A DNA stretch of 63,226 nucleotides, filler included, from Octopus bimaculoides (lineage: Eukaryota): assembly GCF_001194135.2 (NCBI RefSeq). It is 7 parts of 7 records of this genome, joined end to end, with 100 filler letters (N's around TTAATTAATTAA, not from the genome) between each part and the next. Parts side by side here need not be neighbours in the genome. Positions count along the whole stretch, not along the records: positions 6,793 to 24,037 come from NC_068985.1; positions 24,138 to 26,146 come from NC_068988.1; positions 26,247 to 28,076 come from NW_026323443.1; positions 28,177 to 53,776 come from NC_068986.1; 3 more parts are not named here. One strand, given 5' to 3'. Under the pieces are notes generated by a model. The model was not told the DNA's origin and did not search any database. It saw only the letters and a list, made by a program, of their open reading frames with translations. Shown here piece by piece: positions 23,552 through 34,065 of this stretch. The translations under genes were made by a program, and so were the position numbers. Numbering within the stretch: the first letter of the stretch is position 1; every line of letters starts with the position of its first letter.

Positions 23552-24022
23552 ATTTGTGGCCATTGAATTGTTTTGACTCTCATTTCTAGCAATGCCGGTA
23601 CCGCTTAGTACTCTCTGTCACTTTAGTGACGTCTATAAATTTGCCTTTAGGTTGTTAAATTGCTAATAAGCTACCCATATTATTTATAGCTTTCACTTTT
23701 ACCGTTTTTGAAATCAGCGTATAACGTTTTTCTTATAAGCTGACAAGATGAGTTAAGTTTAACCCTAGGCATGGTAAGAGCCACCGATGAGAACTAAGAT
23801 GGTCTGCATCAAGATTCGAAATCACTGGTGATCTGGCTGTCCTCTAGGTAACTTATTTCCCTTGTCAGTCATTAAGATAGTGGATTTGTGGCTATTGAGT
23901 TGTTTTGACTCTTATTTCTAGCAATACCGATGCCACATAGTGTCACTTTAGTGTCACTTTAGTGGGGTCTATAAATTTGCCTTTAGGCTGTTAAATTGTT
24001 AATAAGCCACCCATATTATTTA
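23552..24022 (+). repeat. ~135-bp direct repeats (23552-23686, 23884-24022), period ~332-336 bp, enclosing a hammerhead (pseudo-LTR / retrozyme-like)
   Basis: Both copies read ATTTGTGGC.ATTGA.TTGTTTTGACTCT.ATTTCTAGCAAT...CTATAAATTTGCCTTTAGG.TGTTAAATTG.TAATAAGC.ACCCATATTATTTA. Confidence 0.85.
23764..23848 (+). ncRNA. Type I hammerhead ribozyme with extended helix I (U4C core variant)
   Basis: AGCCA-CCGATGA-helix II (GAA/TTC...GATG(GTCTG)CATC)-GAAA-TCAC(TG)GTGA-TC^TGGCT; distal CCTAG/CTAGG pairing gives a helix I internal loop. Confidence 0.85.
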
Positions 24023-24137
24023 AATGAATATATATATNNNNNNNNNNNNNNNNNNNNNNNNNNNNNNNNNNNNNNNNNNNNTTAATTAATTAANNNNNNN
24101 NNNNNNNNNNNNNNNNNNNNNNNNNNNNNNNNNNNNN

Positions 24138-24445
24138 TGACAACAGCTCTCTACTTGCTTCGATCCAGAACATCTCCTTCCCAATCACTTTCATACATAT
24201 CTAGTTTTTTTAGGTTTTGTTTAATGCAATCTTTATACCTCTTTCTCGGTTTCTGCCGCGGTCGCTCACCATAAAATAAGCGCTTCGGCAAACGATCATC
24301 CTTCATTCTAATTACATGCCCAGTCCATCTCATTTGGGCCAGGATAATATGTTTTTCAATTGAGCTACAGTGCACCCTGCGCAAAACCTCTGTATCTGCT
24401 AGAAACTCTTCCATTTTACTCCTAGGATGTGTCTTAGACACTTTT
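24138..24445 (-). mobile_element. RTE-clade LINE ORF C-terminal fragment
   Basis: DTEVLRR...SIEKHIILAQMRWTGHVIRMKDDRLPKRLFYGE...RKRYKDCIKQNLKKL. Confidence 0.9.
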
Positions 24446-24526
24446 GATGAAACCTTTCTAGCATCTTTATATGTATATATGTATATGTACATATATATGC
24501 ACATATATATATATATAAATATAAAC

Positions 24527-24560
<34 letters not shown>

Positions 24561-24569
24561 TTATTCTTC

Positions 24570-24783
24570 TTTTCTTCTTTTATTCTTTTACTTGTTTCAA
24601 TCATTTGACTGCAGCCATGCTGGAGCACCACCCTTAGTTGAGCAAATCGACCCCAGGACTTATTCTTTGTAAGCCTAGTACTTATTCTATCAATATCTTT
24701 TTGTCAAACTGCTAAGTTATAGGGATGTAAACACACCAACATCGGTTGTCAAGTGATGCTGGGAGAGACAAACACAGACACAA

Positions 24784-24846
<63 letters not shown>

Positions 24847-25004
24847 GCTTCTTTCAGTTTCCATCTACCAAATCCAGTCACAAGGATTTGGTTGGCCTGA
24901 GGCTATTGTAAAAGACACTTGCCCAAGGTGCCATGCAGTGGGACTGAACCCGGAAACATGTGGTTGAGAAGCAAGCTTCTTACCACACAGCCACTCCTGT
25001 GCCT
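24570..25004 (-). mobile_element. SINE family A, full length
   Basis: Reverse complement of the 2498-2907 type. Confidence 0.9.
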
Positions 25005-25045
25005 ACGTATATACACACATACATATGTATACATATATGTCCATA

Positions 25046-25080
<35 letters not shown>

Positions 25081-25441
25081 GTACGTGTATATGTATACAC
25101 ATAAATGTGCACACACACACAACTCTACACACATACACACCTCTACACACATACACACCTCTACACAGACACAAGCTAGTAAACAAAAGCACAAAAGAAA
25201 TTTTAAACTTTTTCAAAATATTGATAAATGGTCAAGACATAGATATATAGTGACGTGTTTGATAGACATGTACCTGGGTCATAATATGAATTTGGAGATT
25301 AGCCTGACAAAAAAACGAAACTGGTAGTAGTAAGAGTAGCAGCTGCAGTAGTAGTAGTAGTAGTAGTAGCAGCAGCAGCAGCCGTAGCAGTCGTGGTGGT
25401 GGTGGTGGTGGTGGTGGCAGTAGTAGTAAAATTTGTTGCAG

Positions 25442-25568
25442 TGTGGCTTAATTACGTGTGGCATGCTAAACAGAAGCTCACAATCGGATAGTTTGTTCAA
25501 AGGAAAGGAGGTAGACACGCACCCAGAGAAAGAGAAAGAGGCAACTTGTAGCTGTTATATTTTGTCAG
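25442..25568 (+). other. Candidate non-coding exon (possibly GPCR 5'UTR)
   Basis: tttgttgcAG acceptor at 25440-25441 and perfect CAG|GTAAGT donor at 25568/25569; non-repetitive body. Confidence 0.3.
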
Positions 25569-26062
25569 GTAAGTGAATACACACACACGCACACACACAC
25601 ACACACTTACATATATATGTGTATTTATGTATATGAAGATATCTATCTATCTAACTATCTATCTTTTAACCTATTTATCTTTATATATATGTTAATATGT
25701 TTATATGCATGTATACATTTGCATATATATATGTATGGATCCAAAAGGTCTTTCAACACAATATTTAACTACTGTCTATCATAGCCTCATAGCCTCATAT
25801 ATATTTCAAGATCCATACACATATATATGAATGCATGTATATGTAAGCCTTGTTACACTCTGTGTCACACTGAATCTCCCCGAGAACTATGTTAAGGGTA
25901 CACGTGTGTGTGGAGTGCTCAACCACTTGCATGTTAATTTAATGAGCAGGCTGTTCCATTGATCGGATCAACTGGAACCCTCGTCATCATAACCCACAGA
26001 GTGCCTTTTAATATATATATTAATATATATATACTTTATTTATTTAAAAGCAGCAGAAATAT

Positions 26063-26116
26063 AACAAAAGACTGTTACTCGGAGTTTCACGTTCCCGTTC
26101 ATCAGACAGTTTTGTT
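26063..26116 (-). ncRNA. Minimal type I hammerhead ribozyme with near-palindromic helix III
   Basis: AACAAA-ACTGT-CTGATGA-ACG(GGAA)CGT-GAAA-CTC(C)GAG-TA^ACAGT-CT-TTTGTT; GUA site. Confidence 0.88.
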
Positions 26117-26258
26117 CCCATTTCTAACAAAACTGTCCGATGAACANNNNNNNNNNNNNNNNNNNNNNNNNNNNNNNNNNNNNNNNNNNNTTAATTAATT
26201 AANNNNNNNNNNNNNNNNNNNNNNNNNNNNNNNNNNNNNNNNNNNNTGTGTGTGTGTA

Positions 26259-26289
<31 letters not shown>

Positions 26290-26530
26290 ATATATAAGAA
26301 CACAAGTGGTTCGAGGTTCACTACAGCTGTTTCGGACACATTTTTATTGGCGAACAAATCAATTACATCATGAAAATATGTTTTGTTCGGGTGAATAATA
26401 ATTTAAATCGTATATATATAGCGAAATTTGAGCTCAGGCCATAGAGGCAGACGAAATACCGCTAACCTTTTCATCCAGTGCTCTATCGGTTTTGCCAGTG
26501 CCCCACCTTAATAATAATAATAACAACAAC

Positions 26531-26580
<50 letters not shown>

Positions 26581-26762
26581 NNNNNNNNNNNNNNNNNNNN
26601 NNNNNNNNNNNNNNNNNNNNNNNNNNNNNTAAATGTTATAATATTTCTCATTTTTACAATATGCTACTTGGTTGTTTTCATATTTATATACAAACATATA
26701 GATATGTGTATGTATGTAATCGTATCGATGTGTGTGTGCACATATACTCATATATACATGGG

Positions 26763-26808
<46 letters not shown>

Positions 26809-26852
26809 TGCATACATATATGTGTGTGCGTGTGTGTGTGTATATAGATGTT

Positions 26853-26883
<31 letters not shown>

Positions 26884-27712
26884 GTGTGTGTGTATGTATA
26901 TATNNNNNNNNNNNNNNNNNNNNNNNNNNNNNNNNNNNNNNNNNNNNNNNNNNNNNNNNNNNNNNNNNNNNNNNNNNNNNNNNNNNNNNNNNNNNNNNNN
27001 NNNNNNNNNNNNNNNNNNNNNNNNNNNNNNNNNNNNNNNNNNNNNNNNNNNNNNNNNNNNNNNNNNNNNNNNNNNNNNNNNNNNNNNNNNNNNNNNNNNN
27101 NNNNNNNNNNNNNNNNNNNNNNNNNNNNNNNNNNNNNNNNNNNNNNNNNNNNNNNNNNNNNNNNNNNNNNNNNNNNNNNNNNNNNNNNNNNNNNNNNNNN
27201 NNNNNNNNNNNNNNNNNNNNNNNNNNNNNNNNNNNNNNNNNNNNNNNNNNNNNNNNNNNNNNNNNNNNNNNNNNNNNNNNNNNNNNNNNNNNNNNNNNNN
27301 NNNNNNNNNNNNNNNNNNNNNNNNNNNNNNNNNNNNNNNNNNNNNNNNNNNNNNNNNNNNNNNNNNNNNNNNNNNNNNNNNNNNNNNNNNNNNNNNNNNN
27401 NNNNNNNNNNNNNNNNNNNNNNNNNNNNNNNNNNNNNNNNNNNNNNNNNNNNNNNNNNNNNNNNNNNNGGGCAAGACAGTGAGATGAAAATGGATATGTT
27501 TTCTTGGAGGAAAATAGATTTGTATAATTCCTCTATTTTCATATCATCATCACCATCATCATCATCAATCCTCATCAATCATAACCATCACCATCAACAT
27601 TATTATGATTAATAGTATTATCATTATTATTATTATAACTGGCACGATAAGCATTTATTATCATTAGACATATATCACCATTTTTATTATCTTCAATAAT
27701 ATTACTATTATT

Positions 27713-27780
<68 letters not shown>

Positions 27781-28030
27781 GGTTTTTATTATTCTGATTA
27801 TTATTCATTGTATTAAAAACAATGTTATTTTTATTGCTTTTAGCATCACAAGCAGCAGCAGCAACAGCTCATGTGTGTGTGTATGTAGATATCATTTCCA
27901 TATTGTTATTCGCATCATCATCATCATCATCACCATCACCATCACTATCATCATCATCAAAACCATATTCAGTCTCATGTTTCAGTTACTGAAATTAGGA
28001 CAACAAAACAGTAATATATTCATATACATA

Positions 28031-28062
<32 letters not shown>

Positions 28063-28176
28063 CACACACACACACANNNNNNNNNNNNNNNNNNNNNNNN
28101 NNNNNNNNNNNNNNNNNNNNTTAATTAATTAANNNNNNNNNNNNNNNNNNNNNNNNNNNNNNNNNNNNNNNNNNNN

Positions 28177-28207
<31 letters not shown>

Positions 28208-30065
28208 CGTCATAGGAATTTATATACATTCGACAGAATAGGAAATAATTGTGGCGGTGGGGTATATTGGCTTTCCCGGCATATCACATAAAGGTATAAA
28301 TGATAGCATATAAATATTGAGATGAAAAACTCTTTTGGGTGGAAAAGTTCGGAGCAGCCTTCTAGAACTATCTTATTTCGGTATTTGGGTTGACTTCATA
28401 TACATTGCAGCAGCTCCACACTGTTGTCAATATTTATTTAATTGTATTCATTGACAAGCTTCTAATATTGTTTTATTAAGACGTTGTTTATAGTTGTTGT
28501 AGTTTCAATATGCCGATCTTTTGTTCTCGAAAATGTTTTTCTAAAATTGTTTTTATAATGTTGCCCTACGTGCCAATTCATTAGTAGTTCCATCTCTGCA
28601 CTTCGATTTCATAATTTGGTTCTTATTTATTTAGGCGTGTTCCATTCTTCTACAGCTGTCCATCAGCCAATTGCATAATCATTGCTCGGTTCAATAGTTC
28701 ACCTGTATCAGCTTCTTTCTTATGTCATTCCTATTCTTTTTTCACTTGTGGCTCACTCTACTTCGTAGATTGTATGTATATTTTAGGTTGCTACATATGC
28801 TTTTGCTATACTGTCTGTGGATAGGGTGTTCTTGGCTACATATCTGATGTCTCTTAACTGTCATTATTTATCCTGGTATAATTATTTTAGTGTTCCGTTG
28901 GTGTTAACATTGTTGTGTCTCCACTGCTATTTCTGCGACAGTTACCTCATCAGGTAGTGTTTAATCTTTTCGCAGTCCAGGGCAGTTTATGAAAATTAAC
29001 TTTTTTCTAGTGTCTATGGCAGATAACAAAATCCAACGCAATAAAGCTTAATAAAGAACAATTGTCATCAAATTTGCTGACATTCTCACACAGACCCACG
29101 GTAAACTATTCTAATTTTTCCTAATACTATTATTGAAAGCCGGTAATCTCGACAAAATATAATTAAAATCTATTTCGGCTGCTTTCCAGGCTGTCATGAA
29201 CATCATGGTGGATGAAAATTAAATTCGGAAAAACTGACAAAATAGACGAGGAATTTCGATTTAGCAACCGAATGTTGCTGAAACCAAAATTAAATGTGCT
29301 GTAGGGAATTAGTGATAATGGTACACCCCACCCCACCCAACCCCCACATGACGAATGGAATAACCTAATTACAATAAGTAAAGAGAAGTACGTGAAGTAC
29401 CAGAGTACGTAGTAGGCGGTCAGAGATATTTGTGTCTTTATTGGCTTCACTGTATACCGAAGTGGGCGTTAAAAATTTCACAACGCTTTATACATATTCC
29501 CAATACGATCCACCCCCACCCCCAAAGAATAAATTTACACACGAACTTCCATCGAGATTGTCACTTACAATCCATTGGTCGATCCGAACATGGAAGGCAT
29601 TTGATTAATGTGCCGCTAGGGGCATCTAACCCGAATAACGTACTTGCGAATCGCAATTCTTAACCGCTGAGTCATTTCTACGACGAAATTGTAGATATAA
29701 AATTACTGTTCAAGGATGTAAGGTTACCTCTGAGAATAGGGAGGACTTCTATATCGGAACTAGCTCACGTTATATTAAGCAAAGAATTACCAATCATTTA
29801 AATTCGTCTGAGATAAGGACAAAATTAATACTACTAGTCTTGGTAAACTAATTTTGGGCACTAAAAGGTAGTAACAAAATATATTTGATTTCCTGGAAGA
29901 TAATTAGTAAGGCAAAACCTTAGATAATAGGCGATAATACATGTGAATTTCGTGGGGAAGAAATGTATCAAATTTTCACTTCTAAAGTTACTCTTTGTTA
30001 TGGGGATAATAGTAATAATAGTATACTCCTCCCACGTGACGAGTATGTAAAGTCATTATAAATAC

Positions 30066-30581
30066 TGTCAGTTAGTGTCAGTATAGAGTAGTAGAGAGTA
30101 CAAAGTGGACGGTCATAGATAGTTGTGGTCTCACTTGTCTAACTAACTATACTGCTATACGGGAGTGGGCGTTATAACAGTCCGACAGAGAATTACAACA
30201 GTGGCAACGAGGAATTAATAAACTCACAAGCAGTTAACAAACTCACAAACGTTTTTGTCTCCCCCTTGTAAACATAAGGACACAGGAAATGTGTCAAGCC
30301 CGACAGAAAGCGGTGCAGCTTCCTAGCTCTAACCAACAGTAGTAGTATTCCCTTCAGGGGACTGTCACATTAAGTTGACAGCATACAACTACTTCATCGT
30401 ATCACTACTGCATAAATCTGAGTGATTTAGAAATGTATTATTTCTAAATCGTAAATATTGTCAATCAGTGTCAGTATAGAGTAGTAGAGAGTATGAAGTA
30501 AACGGTTATTGATAGTCGCGGTCTTACTTGTCTAACTAACTGTACTGGTATACCATAGTGGGCGTTATAACAGCCCGACAC
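30066..30581. repeat. Two ~123-bp direct repeats (30066-30188, 30459-30581), 393 bp apart
   Basis: Shared TGTCAGTATAGAGTAGTAGAGAGTA...ACTTGTCTAACTAACT...AGTGGGCGTTATAACAG.CCGACA. Confidence 0.85.
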
Positions 30582-30746
30582 ATGATTGCAGTATTCTTAT
30601 AAACAAGACAGGAACAGGCTCTAAGATGTTCTCGCTTGAGAGAATATACGTTTAGACAATTTAAATAAACACAACTCACCATCTATAATAATTATGTTAG
30701 TTTCAATAATGATTATAATAATAAATAATATTTATACTACTAATAC

Positions 30747-30808
<62 letters not shown>

Positions 30809-30897
30809 GCAAACCACAGCACATACCCAAGGCACACAGAGCTGCGCTCGGTAGTGAAGTGAAAGCACGTTATAAAAATAAAACTACTGAACAATCC

Positions 30898-30952
<55 letters not shown>

Positions 30953-31868
30953 NNNNNNNNNNNNNNNNNNNNNNNNNNNNNNNNNNNNNNNNNNNNNNNN
31001 NNNNNNNNNNNNNNNNNNNNNNNNNNNNNNNNNNNNNNNNNNNNNNNNNNNNNNNNNNNNNNNNNNNNNNNNNNNNNNNNNNNNNNNNNNNNNNNNNNNN
31101 NNNNNNNNNNNNNNNNNNNNNNNNNNNNNNNNNNNNNNNNNNNNNNNNNNNNNNNNNNNNNNNNNNNNNNNNNNNNNNNNNNNNNNNNNNNNNNNNNNNN
31201 NNNNNNNNNNNNNNNNNNNNNNNNNNNNNNNNNNNNNNNNNNNNNNNNNNNNNNNNNNNNNNNNNNNNNNNNNNNNNNNNNNNNNNNNNNNNNNNNNNNN
31301 NNNNNNNNNNNNNNNNNNNNNNNNNNNNNNNNNNNNNNNNNNNNNNNNNNNNNNNNNNNNNNNNNNNNNNNNNNNNNNNNNNNNNNNNNNNNNNNNNNNN
31401 NNNNNNNNNNNNNNNNNNNNNNNNNNNNNNNNNNNNNNNNNNNNNNNNNNNNNNNNNNNNNNNNNNNNNNNNNNNNNNNNNNNNNNNNNNNNNNNNNNNN
31501 NNNNNNNNNNNNNNNNNNNNNNNNNNNNNNNNNNNNNNNNNNNNNNNNNNNNNNNNNNNNNNNNNNNNNNNNNNNNNNNNNNNNNNNNNNNNNNNNNNNN
31601 NNNNNNNNNNNNNNNNNNNNNNNNNNNNNNNNNNNNNNNNNNNNNNNNNNNNNNNNNNNNNNNNNNNNNNNNNNNNNNNNNNNNNNNNNNNNNNNNNNNN
31701 NNNNNNNNNNNNNNNNNGTAAGACTTTGAGGTTGGTTACATGGTTTATTGAAGTGGTTGTTGAATAAACCATGAAGAAAAAAGCAGTAATGAAATTTATA
31801 ACAAAATCTGGTTCTACATTACTGTTGCTCAAAAAGAATCTTAATTGAACATTTACCTATTAGTGTGC

Positions 31869-31919
<51 letters not shown>

Positions 31920-32932
31920 TATGCACGCACTCACACACACACACACATACGCACATATACATGCGCACACTTTGAAAATAGTAGTTGTAGAATATATAAC
32001 TGTGTGTACAAATGAGCGTCACCACTTTTTTCAACAGGTTGTTTTCTTTGCATTCACGACCATGGAAACGAATGGGAATGTGTACAGTAATGGATATGTT
32101 TATATTATGACTAAACAATCGTATAAATAGATAATTAATCACACTAACAACATGTTTATTTCATCAATACATGTGACTAATTACTCCTTCACATTTTTTT
32201 AAATATGATTCTATTTTACATTGTTTTAAATTATCCATTTTGTTTTATCTCTCTTGGAATGTTTTGAGCTAATACATAAAGAAGATAATTAGATACACAT
32301 TATACTTTTGTTTTTTAAACATGCATTTTACTTCGTTCTTTTTTTTTTCTTTTTCTGTTTTGCTTTTTCTTTATCTTTTGTATATCGTTATTCCGCGTCC
32401 AATTTTACTTTCGTAGAAGTTATAATGGATTAGTGAGTAACTAATAATCAAGTATGCAATTTACTGTCTTTTTGTTGCTTTTGCTTTCTTTCAAGTTTTG
32501 TTCTTTCGTCATCACCACCATTTCTCAGATGCTCGTTGGCTAAATATCTTTCATATGCATTACTGCAGCCGTCACACTTACTCTTGTTTCTAATAACTAC
32601 TGCAATAGTTATTTTCTGACTTTTATTGACGTGAGTTAATATTCTTTTATTAAAAAGTCAATTCCTTCTTTCATATAGGAAGAAACGATTGAGCATACTT
32701 ACACAAAGGCACATCCACACCCAAAGGTTTACACAGACATATACAAATATGAATATGTGTTTATGTAAGTGTATGTATGCACATGTAAACACACAAACAC
32801 AAACATATAAATTCGATTAGACAATCCATTATATTTCTTTATATACTACAAGAATACGCTATTACATTTCATCTACTTCGCAGCCTTATTACTACGCCCA
32901 CAAGATGAGTTTCCAACTTATATATATATACT

Positions 32933-33346
32933 CTCTCTTTAACTCTTTTACTTGTTTCAGTCATTTGACTGCAGCCATGCTGGACCACCGCCTTTAGTCG
33001 AGCAAATAAACCCCAGGACTTATTCTTTGTAAGCCTAGTACTTATAATATCGGTCTCTTATGCCGAACCGCTAAGTTACGGGGACGTAAACACACTAGCA
33101 TCAGTTGTCAACGAATGTTGGGGGGAAAAACACAGACACACAGGCATATACACACACATACATATAAATATACATATATATACGACGGGCTTCTTTTAGT
33201 TTCCGTCTACCAAATCCACTCACAAGGTTTTGGTTGGCTCGAGGCTTTAGTAGAAGACACTTGCCCAAGGTGCCACTCAGTGGGACTGAACCCGGAATCA
33301 TGTGGTTCGTAAGCAAGCTGCTTACCACACAGCCACTCCTATGCCT
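32933..33346 (-). mobile_element. SINE family A, full length
   Basis: Reverse complement of the family consensus. Confidence 0.9.
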
Positions 33347-33349
33347 ATC

Positions 33350-34065
33350 GCTTACAGCACCTAGGTTTCTTCCGCCGTCCTCGACACCCTCAGCATCTCT
33401 GCCCTCTCCCCCGCACTGCAGAGGATGGCTGCCACCAGCCAGTCCTCGCCAATCTCGGGCGGCACCCTCCCCATTCCTACTCTGGCCGCGCGTCAGCCAC
33501 AGCAAGCAGGTAAGAGCGCCCACCGTGCCGACCTCAAGGCCACGGCGGAGCACTTCCGACGCTTCGCTCTCACCAACGAAGCGCACCTCCACCGTGCTAA
33601 ACTTTCCTCCTCCGCTACAGAATGTCACCACCTCCCTCACGTCCTTCAAACACTCCACTATCCCCAATGCCTGCCACCTCCACCTTTCCTGCCGCCATAT
33701 TCAGCGTTCGATAAGCAATTATTCCTCCTTCCGACCTCCCTGCTACCTCCCTGGTGGGTGCCAGTCCCATGCACCCTCCATCCTTCCTCAACAGGCCATC
33801 AAACCTTTTGCAGTTCACGTCTTCCACTTCCAGCTCCCGGACCTGCAGCAGCTCGGCCGTCAGACCCCCACCCGTCACCACAGCACAACTGCCCGACCGG
33901 ACCCGCGAATTCACACCTCCGCTGTTCACTGCCTCACCCACAAATGGGGAAGCCAAACAAAATCTTCAACGATTCCACAATGCAACACAATATTCAACAA
34001 TTCAACAGTATATCAACTCAACAACTCCGCAATTCAACAATTCAGAAATTCAAACAAAAATTCAT
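33350..34065. other. GC/C-rich island with overlapping ORFs and an (AATTCAAC)-like micro-repeat tail; unidentified
   Basis: Markedly GC-rich against the AT-rich background; 223-aa ORF 33425-34096; repeat tail 33965-34065. Confidence 0.5.

Noticed and set aside
29600-29678. tRNA-like A/B boxes on the minus strand
   Set aside because: No cloverleaf or acceptor stem; a decayed SINE head, not a tRNA gene
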